Assembly: GCA_041737355.1 (NCBI GenBank)
Contig: JBGSRW010000007.1
Location: 10,556 to 74,555 of the forward strand
Length of the DNA: 64,000 nt
Direction: 5' to 3'
Origin: Patescibacteria group bacterium
GTDB taxonomy: Bacteria; Patescibacteriota; Patescibacteriia; XYB2-FULL-38-15
Numbering within the stretch: position 1 is the first letter of the stretch; each line of letters begins with the position of its first letter. Below the pieces are notes generated by a model. That model was not told the DNA's origin, did no database searches, and saw only the letters and a program-made list of their open reading frames with translations. Positions 37,871 to 49,100 of this stretch are shown piece by piece. The position numbers and the translations under genes were made by a program.

Positions 37871-38950
37871 ATGGATAAAAAAATTCAAAAACTGATTGAA
37901 ATCTCCCGCGAGGTTATCCGCGATTCGGCTCTCGAGAACGGAGCGATTGTCGCGACTAATACCGACAAAGCTTATTACCCTCGTGAGGCGGCAAATTACC
38001 GCTGGGTCTGGCCGCGCGACGCGAGCTATATCTGCGTTGCGGCGGAAGTTTTAAAACTCCCGATCCAGGAACCTTTTTTCGACTGGCTCTATCACCGCCC
38101 TAAAGATTTCAAAAAAGATAAGGTTCTTTTCGCCAACTATTCGACGAATGGCCAATATGGCAGCATGGGCAGATTGTTGCAGATAGACCAGGCCGGCTCG
38201 GTCCTTTGGGCGATTTACGAACATTATAAAAAAAATCCCAAAAAAGCCGTGAAGCACCGCGACCTGATCGAGCGGCTGGCTAATGGCATCACCTCAAACT
38301 GGGACAAGACGCATTTTCTGCCTCATACCGTCGATCTTTGGGAAGAACCGCACCGGCAAACCACGACAACCATGGAGAATAATTTTACCTACTCGCTTTC
38401 CGCCTGCGCCAGAGGCCTGCTTTCCGCTTCGGAACTGCTTTCAAACCAAATTTGGAAAGAGGTTGCCATGCAGATGCTCAACGAGATAAACGAGGCCTAC
38501 AGTAAAAAGGACGGTTATTTTTTCCGCAACAAAGGAAAGGTTTCCGACACAAATGTTGACGCCTCTCTTCTGGGCATTGTCTGGCCGTTTGAAATTTGCG
38601 CTCCGGATGACGAAAGAATGATAAATACCGTCAAAAAAATTGAAGAAAGAATTGTTTTTGACGGAGGAGTCCATCGCTATGAGAATGATTATTTTGACGG
38701 GGAAGGTTCGGCCCAGGAGGGCGGCGGCTCCTGGCCTCTCTTAAATTTTTGGCTGGCGATTTACTGGGCAAAAAAGGGCGACCAAAAAAAGGCCCTAACT
38801 TATTACAATTGGGTAATCGACCGGATTGATAAATTTGGCGGCTATATACCGGAACAGGTTTTCGAAGATTTCCGTATCGGCGTCTACCCACTGGTTTGGG
38901 CGCACGCCATGTTTATTCTGGCATCAGAATCCCTTGGATACATCAAATAA
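37871..38950 (+). CDS. glycoside hydrolase family 15 (glucoamylase-like) protein
   Basis: 'YRWVWPRDASYI' and (alpha/alpha)6-barrel-type composition. 359 aa. Confidence 0.65.
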   Translation: MDKKIQKLIEISREVIRDSALENGAIVATNTDKAYYPREAANYRWVWPRDASYICVAAEVLKLPIQEPFFDWLYHRPKDFKKDKVLFANYSTNGQYGSMGRLLQIDQAGSVLWAIYEHYKKNPKKAVKHRDLIERLANGITSNWDKTHFLPHTVDLWEEPHRQTTTTMENNFTYSLSACARGLLSASELLSNQIWKEVAMQMLNEINEAYSKKDGYFFRNKGKVSDTNVDASLLGIVWPFEICAPDDERMINTVKKIEERIVFDGGVHRYENDYFDGEGSAQEGGGSWPLLNFWLAIYWAKKGDQKKALTYYNWVIDRIDKFGGYIPEQVFEDFRIGVYPLVWAHAMFILASESLGYIK

Positions 38951-38961
38951 ACTAAAAGCTT

Positions 38962-40452
38962 ATGAAGAAAAAATTAAAGATTGCCATAGTCGCTTCGGAG
39001 GTTTCTCCCTTCTCAAAAACCGGCGGGCTAGCCGACGTTACCGGTTCTCTGCCGAAAGTTTTTTCCGGAATGGGCCATGAAGTTGTCGTTCTCACTCCGT
39101 TTTACGAAAAAGCGATCGACACAAACGCCTTCCGTCTGAAACCGGCATCCGAAGACTTCGCTATCCAGGTTGGCAAAAAATCAAAGACAAAAATATCTCT
39201 CTGGCAGGGCTCCATAGAGCAGGGTCCGCCGGTTTATTTTATTGGGAACAAAAAATATTTTTCCAAACACCAGCGCCTTTACGGATCAACGCACGAGAAT
39301 TCACGCTTCGCTTTTTTCGATTTTGCCGTCCTTGAAACATTGAAAAAAATAAATTTCCAGCCGGATATAATCCATTGCCACGATTGGCATACCGGCCTTA
39401 TCCCTTTTCTTCTGAAAAAGGATCCCGTTTACTCCGCCGAAGATTTTTTTAAAAACACGGCCACCGTTTTCACTATCCACAATCTCGCTTTCCAGATGGG
39501 AAGCAACTGGTGGGACGTCCCGGCCGAGCGCAGGGATCCCGGAGACACAAATTTACCGCCCCTCCACTCCAAATCCTTGGAAAAAATAAATTTTGCCAAA
39601 CGGGGGATTATTTTCGCCGATTCGCTTAACACCGTTTCGGAAAAATACGCCGAGGAGCTTTTGACTCCGGAATTCGGGCAAGGCCTGGAAAAAATTATTC
39701 AAAAAAGACAAAAAGATTTTTTTGGGATTATCAACGGAATTGACTACTCGGTCTTCAACCCGAAATTAGACAAGAACATTCATGTAAATTACGACTGGGA
39801 CTCCCTGCACCGGAAAAAAAGAAATAAGCTTTCCCTGCAAAAAGAACTCGGCCTCGAGGAAAAAGCCGAAATCCCGCTTGTTGGCCTGGCTAGCCGGCTT
39901 GCTGAACAGAAAGGATATAATCTGGTCATTGAGAGTCTTGATATTCTTCTGAGGTTGTCGCTCCAAATTGTCGTTATCGCGAGCGGCGGGAAGGATGGCA
40001 AGGAGTATTCCGACGCATTCAAAAAAATTGCTTCAAAATATCCTAAAAAATTTGCCTTCATCACTCCATACACCGAAGAACAGGCTTCAAGGGTTTATGC
40101 CGGCTCGGATATGCTTCTCATGCCTTCGCGCTTTGAGCCTTGCGGCCTCTCTCCGCTAATTTCTCTCCGCTACGGATCAATTCCTATCGTCCATGAAACC
40201 GGGGGGCTGGCTGAAACAATCAGAAATTTCAACCCCGCGAACGACCAGGGCAACGGTTTTGTTTTCAAGTCTTATACCAAGGAAGATTTCCTGGTCGCTC
40301 TTGCGAGGGCCGTGGAAAACTATAAATACGAAAAAGTCTGGGAACACCTTGTTTGGCGCTCAATGAAACAATCTTTTTCCTGGGAAATCCCGGCGGAAAA
40401 ATATTTGGCGCTCTTCCGCCTCGCTCTCCGGAACCGAAAAAATAAAAAATAA
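38962..40452 (+). CDS. glgA: glycogen synthase (GT5)
   Basis: 'KIAIVASEVSPFSKTGGLADVTGSLPK' is the canonical GlgA N-terminus. 496 aa. Confidence 0.9.
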   Translation: MKKKLKIAIVASEVSPFSKTGGLADVTGSLPKVFSGMGHEVVVLTPFYEKAIDTNAFRLKPASEDFAIQVGKKSKTKISLWQGSIEQGPPVYFIGNKKYFSKHQRLYGSTHENSRFAFFDFAVLETLKKINFQPDIIHCHDWHTGLIPFLLKKDPVYSAEDFFKNTATVFTIHNLAFQMGSNWWDVPAERRDPGDTNLPPLHSKSLEKINFAKRGIIFADSLNTVSEKYAEELLTPEFGQGLEKIIQKRQKDFFGIINGIDYSVFNPKLDKNIHVNYDWDSLHRKKRNKLSLQKELGLEEKAEIPLVGLASRLAEQKGYNLVIESLDILLRLSLQIVVIASGGKDGKEYSDAFKKIASKYPKKFAFITPYTEEQASRVYAGSDMLLMPSRFEPCGLSPLISLRYGSIPIVHETGGLAETIRNFNPANDQGNGFVFKSYTKEDFLVALARAVENYKYEKVWEHLVWRSMKQSFSWEIPAEKYLALFRLALRNRKNKK

Positions 40453-40462
40453 ATTGGATCCT

Positions 40463-41686
40463 ATGTATTGGGCCAATCTTCTTCATATTTACCAACCGCC
40501 CGGCCAAAAAAAAGAAATTACAAAAAGGGTCGCGGCGGAAAGCTACTTACCCATTATTGAAATTCTGAAAAACCGGCCCGGGGTAAAAATAAATCTGAAT
40601 ATCAACGCCTCTCTAACCGAACAGCTGCCTCCGGCTGGCCTGTCTTCGATTATTCGGGAAATAAAATTTTTAGCTGAACGGGGACAAATTGAATTTACCG
40701 GAAGCGCAAAATATCATGTTATTCTCGCCCTGCTTCCGGAAAAAGAAATTATCCGCCAGATCGAATTGAACAATGAAACAAACAAAAAATTCTTCGGCGA
40801 TCTTTGGAAGCCGGCAGGATTTTTCATCCCCGAATTGTGCTACAGCGATAAAGTCGCCCGCGTCGTAAAAAAAATTGGGTTCAAGTGGATTGTCCTGGAT
40901 GAAATCGCTCACAAGGGAAATTTTGGCAAAATGAATTTTGATAAAAAATACGTTATTAAAGGCGTCGGCCTCCCGGTTTTTTTCCGCAATACTAAAATCT
41001 CAAATCTTTTTTTCACCGCCGAGGCCAAAACTCCCGCGGATTTTTTTAGGATACTCAAGGAAGACGGCCGCTCGGAAGAATACCTGCTGACGGCGCTCGA
41101 CGGAGAAAATCTCGGACACCACCAAAAAAATATGGACAAACTCTACGCGGATTTGCTTGATACTAAAAAATTTAAAACTGTCACCTTTACCGATCTTCTC
41201 GGACTTTATGAGAAAAGCTTGGAAATAAAACCTCTCCCCTCGAGCTGGTCTTCGCGGGAATCGGAGTTAAAAAATAAAATGCCCTACCCTCTTTGGAAAA
41301 ATCCCCAAAATGCCATCCACAAAAAACAGTGGCAACTCACCAACCTGGCGATAAAAACAATAAACGCGAACAGAAAAAAACCTGGTTACGGTTTGGCCAG
41401 AAAAAAATTAGACAAAGCGCTTCACTCCGATCAATATTGGTGGGCATCCGCCAATCCGTGGTGGTCGGTAGAAATTATAGAAAATGGGGCGAGAATGCTG
41501 AACGAAGCAATCTGTTCGCTAAAAAATACTCCCTCCGCAACAACGGAAAAGTCGGAAAATATCTATAGAAATATCTCCGCCATGGCGCGTAATTGGCAAA
41601 ATAGCGGCAGGGCTAAAAAAATACGAGAAGCCTATCTTGCGGGCGAACCGTACGAGCGTTACTTCGCTGGAAAAATTATTAAATAA
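40463..41686 (+). CDS. GH57-family alpha-glucan-active protein, paralog 1
   Basis: 'HIYQPP' matches GH57 region I (HQP-like) and 'TALDGENLGHH' matches region IV (DGE-x-FG). Start moved to the ATG at 40463 to match paralog 2. Confidence 0.5.
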   Translation: MYWANLLHIYQPPGQKKEITKRVAAESYLPIIEILKNRPGVKINLNINASLTEQLPPAGLSSIIREIKFLAERGQIEFTGSAKYHVILALLPEKEIIRQIELNNETNKKFFGDLWKPAGFFIPELCYSDKVARVVKKIGFKWIVLDEIAHKGNFGKMNFDKKYVIKGVGLPVFFRNTKISNLFFTAEAKTPADFFRILKEDGRSEEYLLTALDGENLGHHQKNMDKLYADLLDTKKFKTVTFTDLLGLYEKSLEIKPLPSSWSSRESELKNKMPYPLWKNPQNAIHKKQWQLTNLAIKTINANRKKPGYGLARKKLDKALHSDQYWWASANPWWSVEIIENGARMLNEAICSLKNTPSATTEKSENIYRNISAMARNWQNSGRAKKIREAYLAGEPYERYFAGKIIK

Positions 41687-41728
41687 TATTTCAGATATTA
41701 GAAATTAAAATTTATAAATTATCCTTAT

Positions 41729-43216
41729 ATGTATTGGGCAAACTTTTTACATATTTATCAGCCGCCGAATCAAATGCCGGATATCCTGGAAAGGATCGTC
41801 AACGAAAGCTACAGAAAAATAATTGCCGGACTTTTAAAAAATCCGAAAGCGAAAATGACCCTGAATATCAACGCCGGACTGACTGAACAGTTAGATCAGT
41901 ACGGTTATCACGACATTATTGACGGGATAAAAAAGCTCGCCGCGGACGGTCAAATTGAATTTACCGAAAGCGCGAAGTACCATCCCTTCCTTCCCCTCAC
42001 TCCCTGGGAGGAGGCTATCCGCCAGATAAAACTTAATCAGGAAACCAATAAATTCTTTTTTGGCAAAATCTACAAACCCGTGGGTTTCTTCCCGCCCGAA
42101 ATGGCTTATGACAGAAAGGTGGCTGACATTGTTTCGTCCCTAGGATATAAATGGATGATTATTGATGAAATCGCCTATAATGGAAGAACCGATGTTGTTG
42201 ATTACTCAAAAACTTATTCAATTAAGGGCTTGAAGGATTTTAAAATATTTTTCAGAGACAGGCGGGTCAGCAATCTAATTATGTCGGCCGTGGTCCGCTC
42301 CGGAGCGACTCTCCTTGATGCGCTGGGTGAAGAAAAAAATAAAAACCGCTATTTGCTTACGGCTATGGACGGGGAAACCTTTGGTCATCACAGACCGGGG
42401 CTTGAAAAACTTCTCTTTGAAGTTTTGTCTTCCCCTAAGTTTAAAAAAATATTCATTTCGGAAATAATAAAATATTTTCCCGAAGGAGAAGCGATCGATC
42501 CGATCCCCTCTACCTGGGCAAGTTCCGAGGAAAATATCCAGAACGGCACGCAGTTCCTCTCTTGGAACGATCCGGAAAATCCAATTCATTCCTGGCAATG
42601 GGAATTCACGAGTTTCGCCCTGAAAATTGTAGAAAAAATAAACCCCAAAAAATCTTATTACAAAATTGTCCGCGATAAAATGGACCGGGCTCTCCACTCC
42701 TGCCAGTATTGGTGGGCAAGCGGTAAGCCGTGGTGGTCGCTCGAAATGATTGAAGGCGGAGCCTGGAGATTGCTCGACGTGCTGCGCTCGATTCCCGATT
42801 TACCGAAAGAAAAAGTAGAAAACGGAGAACGGATGTACCAAAGAATTGTTCTTAAAGCTTTTGAGTGGCAAAGGACCGGTTATATCCGCCAATTAAACCA
42901 GGCCAACCAGTCGCAAATTCGTATTCCCTTTAAGAAACGAACTATCATGGCGGGCAAACCCGAGGTCTACCGGGCATTTGTTGATACAATGAAAAAAGAG
43001 GTGCAAAGAGCCGCGAGAAATAATGAATTTGAAAAAGCCATTCTTTGGCGTGACGCTATTTCAAAGATAGAAAACCAGGACGATATTTACGATGCCGTCC
43101 ACGCGATCGATCTGCTCCGGACGGTCGTACCATCCGGCAATTTGGAGAAACTCATGGATAAATATAAAAAACAGTACAAAAAAATGCGCGGCGGACAGCC
43201 CGAACAGCGGGGCTAA
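41729..43216 (+). CDS. GH57-family alpha-glucan-active protein, paralog 2, with C-terminal UVR-like extension
   Basis: 'HIYQPP' and 'TAMDGETFGHH' match the same GH57 regions. About 90 aa extra C-terminal region containing 'EFEKAILWRDAISKIE' (UVR-like). Confidence 0.5.
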   Translation: MYWANFLHIYQPPNQMPDILERIVNESYRKIIAGLLKNPKAKMTLNINAGLTEQLDQYGYHDIIDGIKKLAADGQIEFTESAKYHPFLPLTPWEEAIRQIKLNQETNKFFFGKIYKPVGFFPPEMAYDRKVADIVSSLGYKWMIIDEIAYNGRTDVVDYSKTYSIKGLKDFKIFFRDRRVSNLIMSAVVRSGATLLDALGEEKNKNRYLLTAMDGETFGHHRPGLEKLLFEVLSSPKFKKIFISEIIKYFPEGEAIDPIPSTWASSEENIQNGTQFLSWNDPENPIHSWQWEFTSFALKIVEKINPKKSYYKIVRDKMDRALHSCQYWWASGKPWWSLEMIEGGAWRLLDVLRSIPDLPKEKVENGERMYQRIVLKAFEWQRTGYIRQLNQANQSQIRIPFKKRTIMAGKPEVYRAFVDTMKKEVQRAARNNEFEKAILWRDAISKIENQDDIYDAVHAIDLLRTVVPSGNLEKLMDKYKKQYKKMRGGQPEQRG

Positions 43217-43236
43217 GCCATGCTAATCAGATAGCC

Positions 43237-44313
43237 ATGCAAACAAAAAATAATAAACTTTTTCTAAAACAAGTCTGGGCGGAAAAATTTTTTGATAAAC
43301 ACCTAAAAAAATACTGGCCTGACGCAAAAAAAATTGTTTCTCTGAAAATAGAACTTCTTAAAGTTTTTCTTAATTATCTGCGCTTCACGGTGCGCTACCG
43401 CGTTTCAATCGAAACTAAAAATGGCAAAATAGAGAATCGGACGGTCATTATCAAAACGGAACGGGCAAAAAAATTTGATTGGCCGCCGAGAATCGGCAAG
43501 GTGCAACGCGATTTTCTGGCCACGAGTTTCCTTGGGCGTCACGGCCTCAAGGGCTCTCTCCCCCGCCCGCTGGAGTTTCAGAAACCACTTAGGGCTTATC
43601 TTTATGAAGAGGCTCCCGGCGAACCCTTAAAAAATCTTATACAGCCAAAAAATTGGCGGGCTAATCTTTTCTATAAAAAAATTCCCAATGTTGCGAAAAT
43701 TCTAAAAAAACTTCACTCCATCAGGCGCCGTCCTTCTTTTGTCCCAGCCAATCCTAAAAAATTGATTGAGGACGGTCTTCAAAAATGGTTTGATATAATC
43801 GGCAAATACTATCCGGCAGGAGAAAAGCGCGCCGAAAAAATTGTTGCCATCTTAAAACAGATGGAAAAAAAATATAATAATATTATTTTTCACAAAAAAG
43901 CTTACCGCGTGACGCACGGTGATTTCCAAAATGACAATATTCTCGTAGGCGCGGGCGGTAAAATATTTCTGATTGATTTCGCCGACTGCAAATATTTTAA
44001 TCCCCTTGATGACCTGGCTTCCTTTTTGATCCAGTCCGAGTCGCACTTCAAATACGTTCGGCCAAAAATCTACAAAGAATTAACAAAAAAACTAAAAAAG
44101 ACAATTTATTTATCATACTTTGGGCGGAAAATAAAACCGACGGAAGAGATGCAAATAGAATTTTTTTCCGCCAAAGATATTCTCCGCATTATTACTTTTG
44201 TTTCTTTCACCCAAAAAAGCTGGCAAACCATCAACGATCACAGCCAGATGATGGACAATCTCCTGACCTTTGCCGAAGAGAAAGTTAAAATTTTAGAAGC
44301 CAAATATTTATGA
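43237..44313 (+). CDS. phosphotransferase-family kinase (APH/maltokinase-like)
   Basis: 'HGDFQNDNIL' catalytic loop and 'IDFADC' DFG-equivalent motif. Confidence 0.5.
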   Translation: MQTKNNKLFLKQVWAEKFFDKHLKKYWPDAKKIVSLKIELLKVFLNYLRFTVRYRVSIETKNGKIENRTVIIKTERAKKFDWPPRIGKVQRDFLATSFLGRHGLKGSLPRPLEFQKPLRAYLYEEAPGEPLKNLIQPKNWRANLFYKKIPNVAKILKKLHSIRRRPSFVPANPKKLIEDGLQKWFDIIGKYYPAGEKRAEKIVAILKQMEKKYNNIIFHKKAYRVTHGDFQNDNILVGAGGKIFLIDFADCKYFNPLDDLASFLIQSESHFKYVRPKIYKELTKKLKKTIYLSYFGRKIKPTEEMQIEFFSAKDILRIITFVSFTQKSWQTINDHSQMMDNLLTFAEEKVKILEAKYL

Positions 44314-45203
44314 AAACCATCGACCTTCACCTTCACTCAACCTACAGCGAGGGAGACCTATCCCCGGGACAAATTATCAAGCGGGCAAAAAAAGAAGGGT
44401 TCGCGGTTGTCGCCATAGCCGATCACAACACGATCGACGGAGTAACTGAGGCGATAAAACTCGGGAAAAAAGAAAAAATTGTCGTTATCCCCGGAGTTGA
44501 AGTTTATACGGAGTTTTCCGGAAAGCGGCTCCATCTTTTGGGTTATAATTTTGATATCAAAAATCAAAACCTTAACGAACTTCTCTGGCAATCGCAGGTT
44601 CATCACCTTGAATGGGCCAAAAGATCATTAAAGAAAATGGCCGATCTGGATTTTAAGATTGATTTTGCCGACCTGGATAATCTCAAGACAAAATATCTTG
44701 GCTTCCGGCATCTGAAGACAATCGTAGAAAAATATCCGGCTAACCTTAAAAAAATGTCTGCGGAAATAAAACCGCAATTTGGCGAGCCAACCTTGTTTGA
44801 ATTTATAAACTTCTACTTCGCCGAAGGAAAACCGGCCCATGTCCCGCAAACGAACATGAAGATTGATACGGCCGAAGCCATTGCCATCGTCACAACCGCT
44901 GGCGGACTTCCGGTTTTAGCCCATCCCGGCCAGCAACTTTCCTGGCAAGATGACGGATTAATTTCCGAACTAAAAGAAGCTGGACTCCGCGGCCTTGAAG
45001 TTTTTTCGCCTTACCACAACTGGCACCAAGCAGAGCATTATCAAAAGCTGGCTAATGATCTGGATTTAACTATCACTGGCGGAACAGACTTTCACGGGGA
45101 TCTTGTTGATCCGACCCTCAAAACCCAACTCATCCACAGCGCCTGGGATTATTTCAAAATTCCCTACGCCGTTTACAAAAATTTAAAAGAATTTCTTAAA
45201 TAG
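44310..45203 (+). CDS. PHP-domain phosphoesterase
   Basis: 'IDLHLHSTYSEGD...VAIADHNT' PHP metal-binding motifs. Confidence 0.7.
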   Translation: MKTIDLHLHSTYSEGDLSPGQIIKRAKKEGFAVVAIADHNTIDGVTEAIKLGKKEKIVVIPGVEVYTEFSGKRLHLLGYNFDIKNQNLNELLWQSQVHHLEWAKRSLKKMADLDFKIDFADLDNLKTKYLGFRHLKTIVEKYPANLKKMSAEIKPQFGEPTLFEFINFYFAEGKPAHVPQTNMKIDTAEAIAIVTTAGGLPVLAHPGQQLSWQDDGLISELKEAGLRGLEVFSPYHNWHQAEHYQKLANDLDLTITGGTDFHGDLVDPTLKTQLIHSAWDYFKIPYAVYKNLKEFLK

Positions 45204-45285
45204 ACCCCTCTCCCTCAAAATTAAGCCGGCTTTTGCCAAAAAGGCGGCTTTTTGTTATAATTTAAGCAAAATTAAGCTTATTTCT

Positions 45286-46185
45286 ATGTCAAAATACATT
45301 ATTGGTTTGGATATCGGCGGGACGAAAATCGCCGCCGGAACAGTTGATTCCAGCGGGAAAATCGTAAAAAAAATTACTATTCCTACCGAAGCCGGGCGGG
45401 GCAAGAAGATTATTCTAAAAAATATTCTCACGGCGGCGAGCAAAGTCTGGCTGCCGGGAGTTTCCGCAATTGGCGTAGCCATAGCCGGACAGTGTGATTT
45501 TCGCCGAGGTGTTTTTCTTTTCGGACCAAATTTCCAGAAAAATTTTAAAAATATAAATATCGGAAAATTTTTAAGCAAGGAGTTCCGGGTTCCGGTCTGT
45601 CTCGATAATGACGCCCGGGCTTTTACTCTGGCAGAAAGTATTTACGGCGCCGGACGAGGATATAAAAATATTGTCGGGTTGACGCTTGGAACCGGCATCG
45701 GCGGCGGAATAGTAATCAACGGAAATATTTTAAGAGGCAAAAATAATACGGCTGGAGAATTTGGTCATATGACCATTGATGCCGCTTCGCCTTATCGCTG
45801 CAGCTGCGGAAAGGCCGGCCACTTCGAGGCCCTGGCTTCAGGTACGGCTCTGGTTAATTTTTACAAAAAACTTTCCGGAAAAAATCTGGATGCGATAAAA
45901 ATAGAGAAAAAGCTTATCGCCGGCGACGGACGGGCCAAAAAGGCCTTTTCTTTATTGTCTAAATATTTAGGCCTTGGTTTAGCCAGCCTTACTCAACTTC
46001 TTGACCCCGAAATCATTGTTTTAGGCGGCGGATTCAGCAACGCCCCTGGGCTTCTCTCAGCCACCTTACGTGAATTCAAAAAAGCGGTAATCTATAAATC
46101 GCTTAAAAAGACTAAAATTATAAAGGCAAAACTCGGGCGGAATGCCGGAATTGTCGGGGCCGCCCTGGTTGCCAGAAAAAAATAA
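45286..46185 (+). CDS. ROK-family sugar kinase (glucokinase-like)
   Basis: 'IIGLDIGGTKIAAG' N-terminus and 'CSCGKAGHFEA' ROK zinc motif. Confidence 0.8.
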   Translation: MSKYIIGLDIGGTKIAAGTVDSSGKIVKKITIPTEAGRGKKIILKNILTAASKVWLPGVSAIGVAIAGQCDFRRGVFLFGPNFQKNFKNINIGKFLSKEFRVPVCLDNDARAFTLAESIYGAGRGYKNIVGLTLGTGIGGGIVINGNILRGKNNTAGEFGHMTIDAASPYRCSCGKAGHFEALASGTALVNFYKKLSGKNLDAIKIEKKLIAGDGRAKKAFSLLSKYLGLGLASLTQLLDPEIIVLGGGFSNAPGLLSATLREFKKAVIYKSLKKTKIIKAKLGRNAGIVGAALVARKK

Positions 46186-46186
46186 T

Positions 46187-49100
46187 ATGAGCTATCTGCC
46201 CGGTAAAATCCAATCGCCTAAAAATTGGAAAGAGAAGCCTCTTCGCCGACTTTTTAAGGCTGGCCGGAATGAAGAAAAAAATCTCGCAGCAGAAGGTAGC
46301 TCTGAAAGGGTGGACCAAAAGATAGAAATCTCCCGTGCTAAAAGTCTGGCGGAGGCCGCGCCGCGGCAAGAAAATTATATCCCGCCCGGCATTCGTTTTA
46401 AAAAACTTTCTTTTAACATATTTCAAAAAATTATTTCTATGGCAAAAAATCTCCGCTACAGAATAAGGAGCCGCTCCCGCGGACAAAAAATTAATTATAA
46501 TAAAATTATTGGGTACGGTTTTGCTATATTTCTGTCGCTAACTCTTGTTTTTGGTATTATCGGGGTAGCCGCCCTGGCCTGGTTTTCCCGCGATCTCCCG
46601 AACCCGGATAAACTGCTCGAACGCCAGGTTGCCCAAAGCACAAAAATTTATGACCGAGCCGGTGAGCACGTCCTTTACGAAATTTACAGCGACCAAAAAC
46701 GCACCCTGGTTGAACTATCCGATATCCCTGACTTTATGAAACAGGCGGTAATTGTTGCTGAAGACCGAACTTTTTACACTCATCATGGTTTTGATCTCAA
46801 GGGCATCCTCCGATCGGTCTGGCTGGATATCTTCCACGGCCAGAAAGTTGGGGGCTCGACCATTACCCAGCAACTCGTTAAAAATGCGATTTTGTCACCC
46901 GAAAAAACCTTTACAAGAAAATTTAAAGAACTGGCTCTTTCCATACAGCTCGAAAGAAAATTCAGCAAAGACCAGATTCTGAAAATGTATTTCAACGAAA
47001 TCCCCTACGGCTCAACCGCTTACGGGATCTCTTCAGCTGCCCAATCTTACTTCGGGAAAAACGTAAAAGATCTCGATCTGGCTGAGGCCGCGCTGCTCGC
47101 CGCTTTGCCACAGGCCCCGACGTATTATTCCCCATACGGAAGCCACACCGACGCCCTCCTCGCTAGACAAAAATATATTTTAGACGGCATGGTTGAAGAA
47201 GGATATATCAAGAAAGACGAAGCGGAGGCGGCAAAACAAATTGACGTGCTGACGAAAATTGTTCCCAAAAAAGAATCGATTACCGCGCCGCACTTTGTAA
47301 TGTATGTCAAAGAAATGCTCACGGAAAAATACGGAGAAAAAGAAGTTGACCAGGGAGGGCTGAGGGTTTATACCACTCTTGATTTTGATAAACAAAAATT
47401 TGCCGAAGAGGCTATCTCGGAAAACGCCGAAAAAAATGCGACTAAATATAATGCCAACAACTCCGCCCTGGTTTCCATTGATCCAAAAACCGGACAAATC
47501 CTGGCCATGGTCGGATCAAAAAATTATTTCGGGGAATCAGAACCGGAAAATTGTATCCCTGGATCAAACTGTCTTTTTGAGCCGAACGTCAACGTCGCCC
47601 TCCGTCCCCGTCAGCCTGGCTCATCTTTCAAGCCGATCGGTTACGCCACAGCTTTTCAAAAAGGATTTTCTCCGGAAACAATGCTCTTTGATCTTGTAAC
47701 TACTTTTAAAACGGATACCAAGGATTATATTCCACATAACTACGACGGAAAAGAACACGGCCCTGTTTCCATGCGTCAGGCTTTGGCCGGATCCTTAAAT
47801 ATTCCGGCCGTTAAAACAATGTATTTGGCCGGAATTGATAATGTTTTAAACTTGGCCCAAGCTATGGGCTATACCACTCTTTCCGACCGCTCCCGTTTTG
47901 GCCTTTCTCTCGTTTTGGGCGGCGGAGAAGTAAAACTCCTGGAACATACGGCTGCTTTCGGCGTTTTTGCTACCGAAGGAAAGCTTTTTCCGACAACCGC
48001 CATTTTGAAAGTCGAGGACGCCAAGGGCCAGATTCTTGAAGAATGGAAAGAGGAGGAGGGTAAGGAGGTAATGTCGGCGCAAACCGCCCGGCAAATTGAA
48101 AGCATCATGTCGGACGACGCGGCCCGAGCTTATGTTTTCGGCGCAGGCGGCCCCTTAACCTTGCCCGGCCGGCCGGTAGGGGCAAAAACCGGGACAACGA
48201 ATGACTGGCGCGATGGCTGGACAATAGGCTATACGCCATCGCTTGTTACGGGGGTATGGTCCGGAAACAACAACAACTCAGAGATGAAACGCGGCTCGGA
48301 TGGCGTTTTTGTTGCCGCGCCAATCTGGAATGCCTATATGAAAAAAGCTCTTGAGGGAACACCCGTGGAAAGATTTACCGCTCCGGCGCCGATCACAACC
48401 GATAAGCCTGTCTTGAAGGGAGAAATCGGCCCGGAAACGGTCGTGAAAATCGATAAACTTTCCGGAAAACTGGCGACCGAGTTCACGCCGCCGACCTATA
48501 TTGAAGAAAAAAAGTTCCGTGAAGTCCACACTATTCTTTTTTACGTCAACAAAAACGATCCCAATGGCCCGCCTCCGGAAAAACCGGAAGCCGATCCGCA
48601 ATTTGCCGGATGGGAGGCGCCAATCCAGAAATGGGCCGAGGAACAGGGATATGCAATGGATAAGCAGGTGCCAACTGATTACGATGATATTCATTTAGCT
48701 GAACACAAACCGGCAATTTCCCTTACCTCGCCGGAGAATAATGTTACCTGGAACGTCCGCCAAGCCCTTGCTTCGGTTTCCGTTTTCGCCCCTCGCGGCC
48801 CGATTTCCCGGGTTGAATATTTTGTTGACGGAGCACTCTTAAAAACGGTTTTTGCTTCCCCATACTCTTTGGACGCCGTAATTCCAAACGCAATTTCGAA
48901 CGGTTTCCATACCCTGCGGGCCACCGTCTACGACGATATTGATAATTTCAATTTCTCGGAAATTACTTTTAATCTTTTGGCACCGAAACTTCCGCCACAA
49001 ATCAACTGGCTTGGTCCGAGAAACGGGGCAAGGTTTTATTCAACGAACTTCCCTCTTACCGTCACGGCCGATACGCCGGACTTTGCCGACATCGCCGAAA

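Noticed and set aside
40454-40462. TTG start for the first GH57 paralog, as drawn in the track
   Set aside because: Its paralog starts MYWANF at an ATG. The equivalent ATG at 40463 gives a matching N-terminus, so the TTG extension was trimmed.
46118-46486. 122 aa minus-strand ORF spanning the ROK/PBP junction
   Set aside because: Overlaps two well-supported plus-strand genes.
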